Assembly: GCA_046331705.1 (NCBI GenBank)
Contig: JAXLQJ010000023.1
Coordinates: forward strand, 1 to 64,000
Direction: 5' to 3'
Length of the DNA stretch: 64,000 nt
From: a bacterium
Lineage (GTDB): Bacteria; JADJOY01
Shown here piece after piece: positions 40,339-50,496 of this stretch. Positions within the stretch are counted from its first letter, which is position 1. Each line of letters begins with the position of its first letter. A model generated the notes under the pieces. It was not told where the DNA came from, did not search any database, and saw nothing but the letters and a program-made list of their open reading frames with translations. Made by a program: the position numbers and the translations under genes.

Positions 40339-41070
40339 TCACCCGGGGTTCGGCGCAGCGGGAGACGGCGCGATCACCGCGCCGTGCTCGCGCAAGACGC
40401 GCCACCAGCCGTTGAGCCCGAGCAGCATCGCCAGCGTGCCGCCGAAGCCGAGCACGATCACGTGCGCGAAGATCGGCCCTGGCGAGAACAGGAAGATGCT
40501 GCCGATGGACGTCCACCCCAGCATCGATACGCCGAAGGGCAGCAGCGCGAGCCACAGCACCTGGAACGCCGTGCCGGCGCGACGCAGCGCGCACTGGTGG
40601 AGCCAGCGCCCCAGCAGCAGGTAAGCGGGGATTCCGGCCAGCACCGCCAGTAGCGGGAGGGTGCGGAACCTCCAGGTGTAGAGGCTCACGAAGACACACG
40701 GCGGATACAGCGTGCCGAGGAAGAGCCGCCGTGCGAAGCGCAGCAACGCGTCGCTGGGCGGAGTCGTGAGGCTGTCGGGATTGCGGCTCATGCGGAAGCC
40801 GAGCCAGCCGGCGAAGACGATCGTCCACGAGCACGCGCTGAACAGGAACAGCAAGTTCATCTTGTACTCGGGGCTCATGCGGGGCGGCGAGAACGCGGTC
40901 GCGTACATGGTGAGCTTGTACATGTGGATCCACATGACCTGCCCGCCGCTCGATGGAACGAAGGTGGCGACGATGAGCGCGATGGCGCCGCGTCGCAAGC
41001 GTTGCCGATGACGCTTGCCGATCTCCTCGTCCGCCGCCTCTACCGCTGGATTGTCCACGTTCTGCACCAT
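40339..41070 (-). CDS. Hypothetical membrane protein (paralog of 55995-56735)
   Basis: About 6 TM; shares PSSGGxVMW, ACSWTI, LYTWRF and IFAH with the paralog. Confidence 0.75.
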   Translation of the reverse strand: MVQNVDNPAVEAADEEIGKRHRQRLRRGAIALIVATFVPSSGGQVMWIHMYKLTMYATAFSPPRMSPEYKMNLLFLFSACSWTIVFAGWLGFRMSRNPDSLTTPPSDALLRFARRLFLGTLYPPCVFVSLYTWRFRTLPLLAVLAGIPAYLLLGRWLHQCALRRAGTAFQVLWLALLPFGVSMLGWTSIGSIFLFSPGPIFAHVIVLGFGGTLAMLLGLNGWWRVLREHGAVIAPSPAAPNPG

Positions 41071-41182
41071 GACCGCTGCCGCCTCGCGTCGAGGGTGTGG
41101 ATGGATGCGGCGCCGCGACGATGCGTCGCGACGACGCGCACGCCGGCTCGCCGGCGCGTGACGCCGGCGGGCCGAGCGAGGC

Positions 41183-44100
41183 TCATTTCCCGGCGATCGC
41201 GAAGAGCCGCGAACGCGTGGTGACGAAGAGCACGCCTTGGTGGGCGACGGGGGTCGTGTAGATCGGGCTGCCCATGTTGATCTCGCGGATCAGCTGCTTT
41301 TCCTTGCCGTGCTTCAGGATCGCGATGTCGCCGTCCTCGTCCGCCTGGTAGACCTTGCCATCGGCGACGAACGGCGACGACCAGATCGCCGCCATCGCGT
41401 CGTACGTCCAGTAGAGCTTTCCGGTCGCGACGTCGAGGCAATAGAGGAAGCCCGACAGATCCGCCGCGTAGAGCAAACCGACGGCGATCGCCACCGACGC
41501 GATGGTGCGGTGGAAGTCCTCGCCGCCACGGGTCCAGATCAAGCCGCTCTGGGTGATGTCGCCGCGCTTGCTGGCGTCGATCGCGTAGAGGTGGCCGACG
41601 CCCTCGCCGTGCTCCGGGTCCTGGCCCACCGCCACGTACACCTTGCCGTCGCGGAAGACCGGCATCGCGATGATGTTGTTGCGGGTGCCGCCGCCGCCGA
41701 GGTCCCAGACCGCGTTCTTCGGGTTGCAGTCGAACTTCCACAAGAGCTCGCCGGTCTCGGGAACGAACGAGTAGAGCCAGCCGTCGCCGCCGGCGAACAC
41801 CACCTGCGGGACGCCGCCGGCCTCGCCATACGACGGGCTCGACCAGCTCCCGTGCAGGATGTTGTTGCCGGGGAGGTTGCTCTTCCAGAGCAGCTTCCCG
41901 GTCGCTTGCTCGAGGGCCACGAAGCTCGGCGCCTCGGGATTGGGGATGTTGATGTGTCCCTCGTCCACGCCGTTGCCGGTGACGGCGAACAGGATGCCGC
42001 CCTTCGCCATCGGCGAGGACGCCGCCATGTTGTGCGGGAAGACGCCCAGCTCCGTCATCAGGTTGTACTTCCAGACGATGTCGCCGGCGGCGGAGCCGGG
42101 CTCCGTCTCGGCGGTGAAGGGGCCGTCGTTCTGGCCGTCGCGGAAGCCCTCGGTGTCCGCGCACACGATCTCGCCTTGGTTGGAGACGTAGTAGAGGCGA
42201 TCGCCCTGCACGAAGGCGGTGGAACAGATGCCCTGCAACGGCCAGTCGTTGACCTGTCCGGTCGCTTGCTTCGGGTGGACGATCTGCCACAGGAACTCGC
42301 CGGTCTTCTCGTCGAACGCCATGACCACGCCGCGATCGCCCTGGATCTTCGGATCGCGTGGCGACTCGTTGTTGGTGCCCACGAACACCTTCTTCCCGAA
42401 CACCACGGGTCCGCCGTAGCTCTGCGAGCCGAGCTTCGCCTGCCAGCGGATGTTCTTGCCGCTCGTCACGTCCCAGTCGTCGGGCAGGTGCTTCTCGGCC
42501 GACGCCATGTTGCGAGCGATCGTCCCGCCGAGCATCGTCGCCGGCGGCTCGGGCTGCTTGCGGCGCGCGAGCAGCTCGGGGCTCGCCGCGGGCGCCGCGG
42601 GCGGCGATGTCGACGCGGCAACGGTGGACGCGGGCGGCGCCGCCGGCGGCGGGGAGCTCGGCGCCTCGGATGGCTTCGCGATGGCCTCGAGCGCAGCCAG
42701 CGCGGCGTTCGGCGCGACCTCGACGTTGTCGTAGTAGATGTCGACGGGCGAGTAGCCGTAGAGCCCGGGAGCGCCCTGGGTGACGCCGAAGAGGTCGTCC
42801 ACCTCGATCGTCCAGGCGCTCGGCTCGGCCTCCGACCGCGGCCAAACCTTGCCGCGCACCAGCACGTGGTGGTCGCCCTTCGGTTCGGTGCGCAGACGCA
42901 CCCGGTACCACGTGTCGGGCCGCCACGGGTACGGCACGGTGCGGGCCATGCGCAGCGCCGAATGCCACGAGCTCACCTGGATCGTCTGCAGCGCGCCCAA
43001 GAGCTCGAGGGTGTAGCCGCCGTTCACCAAGCCCATGTCCGCTCGTTCGGCGCCCTTTTGCCGGCTCATGAGATCGGCGGTGATCGTGTAATCGCGCCAC
43101 GACGCCGGTCCGAGGTAGGTGCGCGTGCGCTGCAAGCCGGTCGGCGCGGGGAACTTGTTGAGCAGCCGCTCGCCGTCGAGATCGGCGACCTTGAAGCGGC
43201 CGCCGAAGATCCAATACGGCACCGCTTGGCCCACCGGCAGCGTCGAGAAATCCTCGTGCCAGGGCGGCGGCGCGATCACGCGCACCCGGGCCTTGGCCGT
43301 GAGCTCGCCGAGCTTGGCGACCACGAAGCCCGCCTGGAACGCCGCGGTGCTCGCGGTGAAGCTCGATTCGCTGGATGCAGGAGAGCCGCTCGGCTCGAGG
43401 GTGCCGGCGAGTTTCTCGAGGCTCACGCTCGCGGGAGTGACCGGGCCGAGCGGACGGCCTTGGGCGTCGAACGCGCGAGCGCGGAATCGAACCTGTTCTC
43501 CGGGGGCGACGAGCACCTCCGCGGGAACCAGCGCGAGCGTGGCCGGCTCGCCGCCGCCTCGAGGAACGGGGGTGGGTGCCGCGAGGGCGGTCGCACCCGT
43601 GAAGGGCTTGCTGGGATCGCCCAGGCAATAGATCCCTTCCTCGGTGGTGAAGAAGACGCGCCCACCGGAGATCGCCACCGAGCCGTAGAGCTCGGCGGGG
43701 CGTCCGCCGGGCATCGTGATCTCGTCGCGATCGAGGAGCTTGGCGCCGTCGCGCCCCGCCTGGACGATGGAGAGCCGGCCGTTGACCTCGGTCGCGTAGA
43801 GCCGGCCATCGGCCCAGACTGGCGAGCCCTTGCCCACGGTGCCGAGCTTGAGCGGCGGCCATAGCGCCTTGCCCGTCGCGGCGTCGATGCCGTGCAGGTT
43901 GGCCGAGTCGTCGACCACGTAGAGGACTCCATCGTGGATGGTCGGCGAGGCGTAGCCGGCGCGCAGCTCCTCGATCCGCCAGCGCTCGGCGGACTGGGTG
44001 ACGTTGCCGCTGCCGGTCGCGTCGATCGCCACCACCGCGCCCATCACGCCGCTCTCGATGTTCTCGTCGGTGTGGGTCGCGTAGACCGTGGTGCCGTCCA

Positions 44101-44920
44101 CGACCACCGCGGTGTTGATGGCCTGCTTCGTGAGCTGGAACTCCCAGATCTTGCGGCCGGTGCGTGGCTCCAGCGAGTAGATCCAACCGTCCGCGCCGCC
44201 GCTCAGCATCTGCTCGCGGCCGCCGATGGTGGCGATGACCAGGTTCGACTGCGTGTTGAGGTCCGCCGCCGGCTTGCCTGGCGCCGAGGTCCAGGCGACC
44301 TCGCCCGTGCGCTTGTCGAACGCGTAGTAGCGGTGCGACGGCGGCTCGTAGCCGAGCACCGACGAGCTGATCACGTTCACGATCACCAGGTCCTCGAACA
44401 CGATCGGGTTCGCGGTGCGGCCGCCGTAACCGGAGAACCGGCCCTGCTCCTCGTGCAGCGCGCGCTGCCAGACCACGCGCCCGTCGCGATCGAAGCAGGT
44501 CAGGTGACCGTCCGAGCTCTGCGCGTAGAGGTTGCCGGTCTCGGGGTCGCCGGTCGGGCTCGACCAGCCCGCGCGATTGAACGGGATCGTGGTGTTGTGG
44601 GGGACGAGAGTGACCTCCCAGCGCTTGGTGCCGTCGGCGGCGTTCCAGCACGCCACGCGTTCGGCGCGGTCGTCGCCGCTGCCCTGACGCCCGAACGCGC
44701 ACACCCGTCCGTCGAAGACCACGGGAGTGGAGCGGCCGACGAAGTCGTCGCGCCACACCAGGTTCTCCTTCGCTCCGTCCCTCGACCACGACGCGACGAG
44801 CCCCGTTTCATCGGAGACTCCGTCCTGGTGCGGCCCGCGCCAGCTCGCCCAGTCGGAGGCGAAGGCGGGCGCGCCGAGGATCAACCACGAAGCGATGGCG
44901 GCGAGACGAGCGTGACGCAT
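41183..44920 (-). CDS. Large secreted protein with two PQQ-like beta-propeller regions and central beta-sandwich-like domains
   Basis: Signal peptide then DWASWRGP; many DxxTGxxxW docking repeats; Pro/Ala linker before a second propeller (NIRWQAKLGSQSYG). Confidence 0.88.
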   Translation of the reverse strand: MRHARLAAIASWLILGAPAFASDWASWRGPHQDGVSDETGLVASWSRDGAKENLVWRDDFVGRSTPVVFDGRVCAFGRQGSGDDRAERVACWNAADGTKRWEVTLVPHNTTIPFNRAGWSSPTGDPETGNLYAQSSDGHLTCFDRDGRVVWQRALHEEQGRFSGYGGRTANPIVFEDLVIVNVISSSVLGYEPPSHRYYAFDKRTGEVAWTSAPGKPAADLNTQSNLVIATIGGREQMLSGGADGWIYSLEPRTGRKIWEFQLTKQAINTAVVVDGTTVYATHTDENIESGVMGAVVAIDATGSGNVTQSAERWRIEELRAGYASPTIHDGVLYVVDDSANLHGIDAATGKALWPPLKLGTVGKGSPVWADGRLYATEVNGRLSIVQAGRDGAKLLDRDEITMPGGRPAELYGSVAISGGRVFFTTEEGIYCLGDPSKPFTGATALAAPTPVPRGGGEPATLALVPAEVLVAPGEQVRFRARAFDAQGRPLGPVTPASVSLEKLAGTLEPSGSPASSESSFTASTAAFQAGFVVAKLGELTAKARVRVIAPPPWHEDFSTLPVGQAVPYWIFGGRFKVADLDGERLLNKFPAPTGLQRTRTYLGPASWRDYTITADLMSRQKGAERADMGLVNGGYTLELLGALQTIQVSSWHSALRMARTVPYPWRPDTWYRVRLRTEPKGDHHVLVRGKVWPRSEAEPSAWTIEVDDLFGVTQGAPGLYGYSPVDIYYDNVEVAPNAALAALEAIAKPSEAPSSPPPAAPPASTVAASTSPPAAPAASPELLARRKQPEPPATMLGGTIARNMASAEKHLPDDWDVTSGKNIRWQAKLGSQSYGGPVVFGKKVFVGTNNESPRDPKIQGDRGVVMAFDEKTGEFLWQIVHPKQATGQVNDWPLQGICSTAFVQGDRLYYVSNQGEIVCADTEGFRDGQNDGPFTAETEPGSAAGDIVWKYNLMTELGVFPHNMAASSPMAKGGILFAVTGNGVDEGHINIPNPEAPSFVALEQATGKLLWKSNLPGNNILHGSWSSPSYGEAGGVPQVVFAGGDGWLYSFVPETGELLWKFDCNPKNAVWDLGGGGTRNNIIAMPVFRDGKVYVAVGQDPEHGEGVGHLYAIDASKRGDITQSGLIWTRGGEDFHRTIASVAIAVGLLYAADLSGFLYCLDVATGKLYWTYDAMAAIWSSPFVADGKVYQADEDGDIAILKHGKEKQLIREINMGSPIYTTPVAHQGVLFVTTRSRLFAIAGK

Positions 44921-44981
44921 GTGTCCTCCGCGGAGGGGAAGGCGAGTCTACCCAGCATCGAGCCGCATGGGCTCGCGGCGC

Positions 44982-47843
44982 TCATGGCGCGGCGGGCGGT
45001 GCGGCGGCCGGGGTCCCCACCGCCGGCGCCGGCGCGGGCTCGCGGCTCGCGCAGAAGGTGCCGGCGGCGAGCTCGGTGAGATCGTCGATGCCGTCGTGGT
45101 CCTCGTCGCCGGGGACGACCTCGCCGAGATGGGTGGTCACGATGCCGTCGGCGCCCAGCGACGCGATGTCGCCGAACCCGTCGCCGTCGAAATCGCCAGC
45201 GACGACGAGCGGTGGCGACGGGTTCGCCGCGCCGTCCTGGTCTGGGAACGCATCGCGGCGCACCAGCGCGTTCGGCTCGCGGCTCACCCACAGCTCGAGC
45301 GCGCGCGGCGGCGCGGACGCCAGCACGACGGCGTCGCGAAGCGGCGACAAGCGCGCCAGCGCGAGCACGTCGACCGGGTGGCCGAGCTCGGTCGCGCGCG
45401 CGTCGAAGCCGCCGTGCCCGTCGGGCTCGATCCACGTGACGCGGCTCGCGCCGCCCGCGTCGCCGCTCGTCACCAGGATGTCGGGTTGCACGTCGCGATC
45501 GACGAAGCCCACCGCCAGCGCTCGCGGTCGCGCACCGCAGGCGAGTGTCGCCGTGTCGCGCAACGCTCCGCCACCGCCGCTCGCCAGGATCGGACAGGTG
45601 CCGTCGGCGAGCGCGACGACGACCTCGTCGCGCTGGTCACCGTCGAGGTCCACGGCGGCGAGCGCCTCGATGGGGCTCGCGAAGGGGTCGTGTACGAGCT
45701 GGGGCGGATCGCTCGGCTCGAGCGTCCAGGCGTGGAGCTGGCCTCGGCCGCTCGCGTCGCGGGTGGAGACCAGGACGCGCGGCGCGGTCTCGTGCGCGTC
45801 GATCAGCACCGCGCGATCCGCGGGATCGGGCAGCGATGCCTGGATCGGGTGCTCGTCGTCGAACGAACCCTTGCCGTCGCCGAGGATCAGCTGGAACCCC
45901 GCGGGCGCGGCGGTGGGGAACGCGAGCACGGCCTCGCCGGAGGACACCAGCGCCAGCAGCTCGCCGCCCAGCCGTGCGTCGGCACGCACCGGCGTCGGTG
46001 CGAGCGAGAAACCGCCACGCCCGTCCGCGAGCAGCAGCCGAAACGACGTGCCGGACGCCGCGTCGACCGCGACCACCAGATCGTCGTCGCCATCCCCGTC
46101 CACGTCGCCTGCCGCCACGCGTCGCGCCGAAGCGAGCTCGGCCACGCGCTGCACGTGGCCCGTCGCGGTGAGCCCGCGCGGCTCGCCGCGCAGCGCGATC
46201 GCTCCCACGTCGACGGCGGCGCCGCGGAAGTGGACCGGCGGCGATGCGCCGAGGATCGCGTGATCGCCGCACTCGACGCTCGCGTAGACGCGCGTCGCCC
46301 AGGGCGAGGGCGGACCGCCGCCGCTCGCGAAGTGGCCATCGACCTCGCTCCGGATCGCGTTGCGCGGATCGTCGCCGCGGAACACCCGCGCGCCGCGAAC
46401 GGGCGCGAGCAAGCCCGCGGACGTACGTTCCACGACCCGACCGGCGATCGCGTTGAGCGCGTGGTTTTCCGAGGAGGTCGGCGCGAGGTGGCGTGGCAGC
46501 CGAGCCACGATCCACTCGCGCGCGCCGTGCACCAGGCTGAGGAAGCGAATGCGCACGGAGCGCGCGAGCTCGCGCAGGCGCCCGGCGCGGCTCGGCTCGG
46601 CGCCCGGCTCCTGGATGGTCACCGCCGCGACGTCGCGGGTGTTGCGGACGAGGATCCGTCCGTCGGCGAAGGTCGGGTACGTGTAGCTGGCGCGGTCGAG
46701 CACGTCGATGCTCGCCTGCTCGCGGTAACCCTGCGGCGACGCCTCCGCCACGACGACCTTGCCGCTGGTCGCGAGGATCACCAGGTGACCATCGACGCGA
46801 ATGAGCCCCCGGCCTCGGGGAGGGCGCGATTTCCAGATCTCGCGGCCGTCCTCGGCCGACACGCAGGTGAGGAACTCGCCGTTGAAGCCGTACACGAACC
46901 CCTCGTGCAGCACCGGAGTCGAGTAGCTGTTCTTGAGATCGTCCGAGGTCCACAGCGCTTCGACCTCGAAGCGGCCGCTCGTGTGCCTCACGCGATACGC
47001 GATGGACCGGACTTCCCCCGTGAGCAGCAGACGATCGTCGCCGAGCAGCACCGGCGCCGGGACTCTGCCGGTCTCGTAGCGTTGCGACCACAGCGTGGTG
47101 CCGGTGGCCGGATCGATGCCGCTCACCACGGACTGCGTCACGCTCACGAGCTGCTCGACGCCGCCGATCTCGGCCACGATCGGCGATTGGTAGTCGGTGG
47201 GGTCCTCGCCCGTGGCCCAGCGAAGCTCGCCGGTGCGCTTGTCCAAGCCGACCACTCCTCGGCCATCGGGGCCGCCGGGCTCGATGACCAGCACGTCGCC
47301 GGCCACCAGCGGCGAGGTCGCGAACCCGAAGGGCGGCGTCTTCGCGCCGAACCGCTCGTCGAGCCTGAGACGCCAGAGCTCCGCGCCATCCGCGAGGCGC
47401 AACGCGAGGAGATGACCTTTCGGCCCGAGGGCGTAGACGATGCCGTCGTCGATCGCCGGCACGCTCTTGGCGCCGCCCTCCGAGCCACCCTCGGCGGGGA
47501 ACGTCGAATCGATCGCGTGCGTCCAGAGCGTGGCGCCCGTCGCCGCATCGAGCGCGATCACGTAGTCCGTCCCGCCATCCGCATAGAGCGTCACGGCGCG
47601 TCCCTCGGCGACGGATATTCCCGAGTACGCCACCCCGAGCGGGCGCGACCACGCCACCCGGAGCGCGATCGGTGTGCGATCGAAGAGCCCGCCGGCCTCG
47701 GTCGTGCCGTCGTAGTGAGCGCCGCGCCAGTGCGGCCAATCCGCGCCCCGGGCCGCCGTCGCTCGCAGCGGCAGCGCGCAACACATCGCGCCGACGAACG
47801 TCACGGCCCACCACCGCCGCGACGGACGGATCGTCGAGTTCAC
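44982..47843 (-). CDS. PQQ-like beta-propeller fused to FG-GAP/VCBS repeats
   Basis: ADWPHWRG, LDAATGATLW repeats; GDVDGDGDDDL, DLDGDQRDE, GDFDGDGFGDI; DEDHDGIDD tail; start uncertain. Confidence 0.82.
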   Translation of the reverse strand: MNSTIRPSRRWWAVTFVGAMCCALPLRATAARGADWPHWRGAHYDGTTEAGGLFDRTPIALRVAWSRPLGVAYSGISVAEGRAVTLYADGGTDYVIALDAATGATLWTHAIDSTFPAEGGSEGGAKSVPAIDDGIVYALGPKGHLLALRLADGAELWRLRLDERFGAKTPPFGFATSPLVAGDVLVIEPGGPDGRGVVGLDKRTGELRWATGEDPTDYQSPIVAEIGGVEQLVSVTQSVVSGIDPATGTTLWSQRYETGRVPAPVLLGDDRLLLTGEVRSIAYRVRHTSGRFEVEALWTSDDLKNSYSTPVLHEGFVYGFNGEFLTCVSAEDGREIWKSRPPRGRGLIRVDGHLVILATSGKVVVAEASPQGYREQASIDVLDRASYTYPTFADGRILVRNTRDVAAVTIQEPGAEPSRAGRLRELARSVRIRFLSLVHGAREWIVARLPRHLAPTSSENHALNAIAGRVVERTSAGLLAPVRGARVFRGDDPRNAIRSEVDGHFASGGGPPSPWATRVYASVECGDHAILGASPPVHFRGAAVDVGAIALRGEPRGLTATGHVQRVAELASARRVAAGDVDGDGDDDLVVAVDAASGTSFRLLLADGRGGFSLAPTPVRADARLGGELLALVSSGEAVLAFPTAAPAGFQLILGDGKGSFDDEHPIQASLPDPADRAVLIDAHETAPRVLVSTRDASGRGQLHAWTLEPSDPPQLVHDPFASPIEALAAVDLDGDQRDEVVVALADGTCPILASGGGGALRDTATLACGARPRALAVGFVDRDVQPDILVTSGDAGGASRVTWIEPDGHGGFDARATELGHPVDVLALARLSPLRDAVVLASAPPRALELWVSREPNALVRRDAFPDQDGAANPSPPLVVAGDFDGDGFGDIASLGADGIVTTHLGEVVPGDEDHDGIDDLTELAAGTFCASREPAPAPAVGTPAAAPPAAP

Positions 47844-48061
47844 GACGCGTGTTGGAACCGAGCCACGAACCGCGCTCCGTGAGCTGGAATCGCACCGAAG
47901 GGGTGTGGCCTGTGTAGCACAGAAGGGGTCCGCCACTCGCGGCGAGCGACGTCGCCCGCTCGCGTCCGCCGCGTGCGCCGAGCGCTCGCGCGCGGGTGCG
48001 GGTCGGTCGCCGGACGGCTACACTCGCTTGCGCCGTCCCACGCGCGCGCCTTCCGCGGCCG

Positions 48062-49258
48062 ATGAGCGAATCGATCGTCGCTTTCGATTTCCAGCCTCGC
48101 ACGCGCATCGTCTTCGGCGCGGGGCGAGTCGCCGAGCTGGGGCGGCTCGCGTCCGAATGCGCGGCGCGCCGCGTGCTGCTCGTCACCGATCGAACGCTGG
48201 TCGCGCTCGGTCACGCCGAGCGCGGGCGCGAGTCGCTCGCGCGAGCCGGCATCGAGGTCGCGCTCTTCGATGGCGTGCGCGAGAACCCCGACACCGACGA
48301 CGTCGCGCGCTGCCTGGAGGCCGCCCGCGCGGCGCGGATCGACGGCTTCGTGGGGCTCGGCGGCGGCAGCAGCCTCGACACCGCGAAGGCCTGCAACTTC
48401 CTGCTCACCAACGGCGGTCGGATGGAGGACTACTGGGGGCGGGGCAGGGCCACACAGCCGATGTTGCCGCTGATCGCCGTGCCCACCACCGCGGGCACGG
48501 GCAGCGAATGCCAGTCGTTCACGCTCGTCGCCGACGCGCGAAGCCACCGGAAGATGGCGTGCGGCGATCCCAAGGCCGCGCCGCGCGTGGCGCTCCTCGA
48601 TCCCGAGCTCACCGCGACGCAACCGCGCCAGGTGACCGCGGATACCGGCATCGACACGCTCGTGCACGCCCTCGAGTCCGCGGTGACCACCGCGCGAAAC
48701 GAGGTGTCGAGCCTGTTCGCGCGGCGTGCCTTCGCGCTCGCCGTCGCGAGCCTGCCGCGCGTTCTCGACGAGCCAGGGGATCTCGCGGCGCGCGGCGCGA
48801 TGCAGCTCGCCGCGGCGTACGCCGGGCTCGCCATCGAGCACTCGATGCTCGGTGCCGCGCACTCGGCGGCGAACCCGCTGACGGCGCGCCATGGCGTGGT
48901 GCACGGGCGCGCGGTCGCGTTGATGGTGCCCGCCGTCATCCGTCACAACGCCGTCGATCCCGCGATCGCGCGGCTCTACGCCGAGCTGGCGATCGAGGCG
49001 CGGATCGTGGCGGCGGGAGAGAACGTCGAGCGCGTGGTGGGCGCGCTGCTCGACGCCGTCGAGCGCATCCTCGATCATGCCGGGATGCCGCGGCGCCTCG
49101 CGGATCTCGGCATCGACCCCACCGGCATTCCCGCGCTGGCGGCGGATGCGGCAGACCAATGGACCGCGCGTTTCAATCCGCGGCCGGTCGACGTGGCGGA
49201 CTTCACCTCGCTCTATCGCTCCTTGCTCGCTCCCGGACCGGCACGAGGTCGAGCGTGA
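48062..49258 (+). CDS. Iron-containing alcohol dehydrogenase
   Basis: GGGSSLDTAK, VPTTAGTGSE, DTLVHALE, AAHSAAN, HG; TACACT -10-like element at 48019. Confidence 0.93.
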   Translation: MSESIVAFDFQPRTRIVFGAGRVAELGRLASECAARRVLLVTDRTLVALGHAERGRESLARAGIEVALFDGVRENPDTDDVARCLEAARAARIDGFVGLGGGSSLDTAKACNFLLTNGGRMEDYWGRGRATQPMLPLIAVPTTAGTGSECQSFTLVADARSHRKMACGDPKAAPRVALLDPELTATQPRQVTADTGIDTLVHALESAVTTARNEVSSLFARRAFALAVASLPRVLDEPGDLAARGAMQLAAAYAGLAIEHSMLGAAHSAANPLTARHGVVHGRAVALMVPAVIRHNAVDPAIARLYAELAIEARIVAAGENVERVVGALLDAVERILDHAGMPRRLADLGIDPTGIPALAADAADQWTARFNPRPVDVADFTSLYRSLLAPGPARGRA

Positions 49259-50496
49259 GCGCGATCCCCCGTGTCTCGCCGGCTGGCGCGTGCGAGACGA
49301 CGCGCACGGCGCGCTCCCCGCGCGGCCGCGGAGCCGCGACGTTGCCGTCGCGCCGCGTGGTCCGATGCACGGCGGCCCCGCTGCTCTGGCTGGTGGTGTC
49401 GGTCGCCGTGAGCGCCGTGGCCCACGCCGCCGAGCCCGCGGTGCCCTGGGCGAGCTGGCGCGGCGACTCCCGCAACACCGGCGTCGCCCAGGGCCCGCTG
49501 CCGAGCAAGCTCGCGAAGCGGTGGGTCTACGCGACCGGTGGGCCGGTCAAGTCCTCGGCAGTGCTCGGTCACGGACGCACCTACATCGGCTCGGACGACG
49601 GCGCGTTGCACGCCATCGACCTCGTCACCGGCAAGCGCGCGTGGGTGTTTCAGGCCGACGGCGGCATCGAGGCTCCGCCGCTCATCCACGGCGAGACGAT
49701 CTTCGTCGGCTCGACCGGAGGGACGTTCTACGCGCTCGGCCTCGACGGGAAGCAGCGCTGGAAGGCCGATGCCGAGGGCAAGGTGACGGGCTCTGCGGTG
49801 GCCGTGGTGGAGGCAAAGTCGGGCCGAACGCTGGTGCTGGTCGGCTCGCACGCCGGGACCCTGCAGGCGTTCGACGCCGCGTCCCCCAAGGGCAAGCCCG
49901 TGTGGAAGTACTCGATCTCGGACCCCATCAACGGCGGCATCGGCATCAGCGCGGGCCGCGCGATCTTCGGCGGTTGCGACGGGCAGCTGCACGTGGTCTC
50001 GGTGGCGGACGGCAAATCGCTCACCTCGATCGACGGCGGCGGCATCATCGCGTCGAGCGTGGCGCTGGACGGGAACGACGCGTACTTCGGCACCTTCCAC
50101 AACGAGTTCCTGCGCGTCGGCATCGCGAGCGGCGAGGTCGCCTGGCGCTTCCACGATCAGGAGTTCCAGTACTACTCGTCGCCTGCGCTCACCGACTCGG
50201 CGGTGGTGTTCGGCGGACAGGATCAACGCCTGCACGCGCTCGATCGACGCAGCGGCAAGCCGCTCTGGGAGCTCAAGGCCAAGGGGCGCGTGGACAGCTC
50301 GCCGGTGGTGAGCGGCGATCGCGTGGTCGTGGGCTCCCACGACGGTCGGCTCTACCTGGTCGAGCTGGCAACGGGAAAGCTCGTGGACTCGTTCGAGGTG
50401 GGCGGCCGGATCAGCGGCACTCCCGCGGTCGGACCGAAGCTGGTGGTGGTTGGCACCGAGTCGAACGAGGTCTACGCCTTCGGAGACGCACCATGA
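49255..50496 (+). CDS. PQQ-like/BamB-like beta-propeller protein
   Basis: WASWRGD, YIGSDDGALHAIDLVTGKRAW repeats, FGGCDG; overlaps both neighbours; start uncertain. Confidence 0.88.
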   Translation: MSAIPRVSPAGACETTRTARSPRGRGAATLPSRRVVRCTAAPLLWLVVSVAVSAVAHAAEPAVPWASWRGDSRNTGVAQGPLPSKLAKRWVYATGGPVKSSAVLGHGRTYIGSDDGALHAIDLVTGKRAWVFQADGGIEAPPLIHGETIFVGSTGGTFYALGLDGKQRWKADAEGKVTGSAVAVVEAKSGRTLVLVGSHAGTLQAFDAASPKGKPVWKYSISDPINGGIGISAGRAIFGGCDGQLHVVSVADGKSLTSIDGGGIIASSVALDGNDAYFGTFHNEFLRVGIASGEVAWRFHDQEFQYYSSPALTDSAVVFGGQDQRLHALDRRSGKPLWELKAKGRVDSSPVVSGDRVVVGSHDGRLYLVELATGKLVDSFEVGGRISGTPAVGPKLVVVGTESNEVYAFGDAP

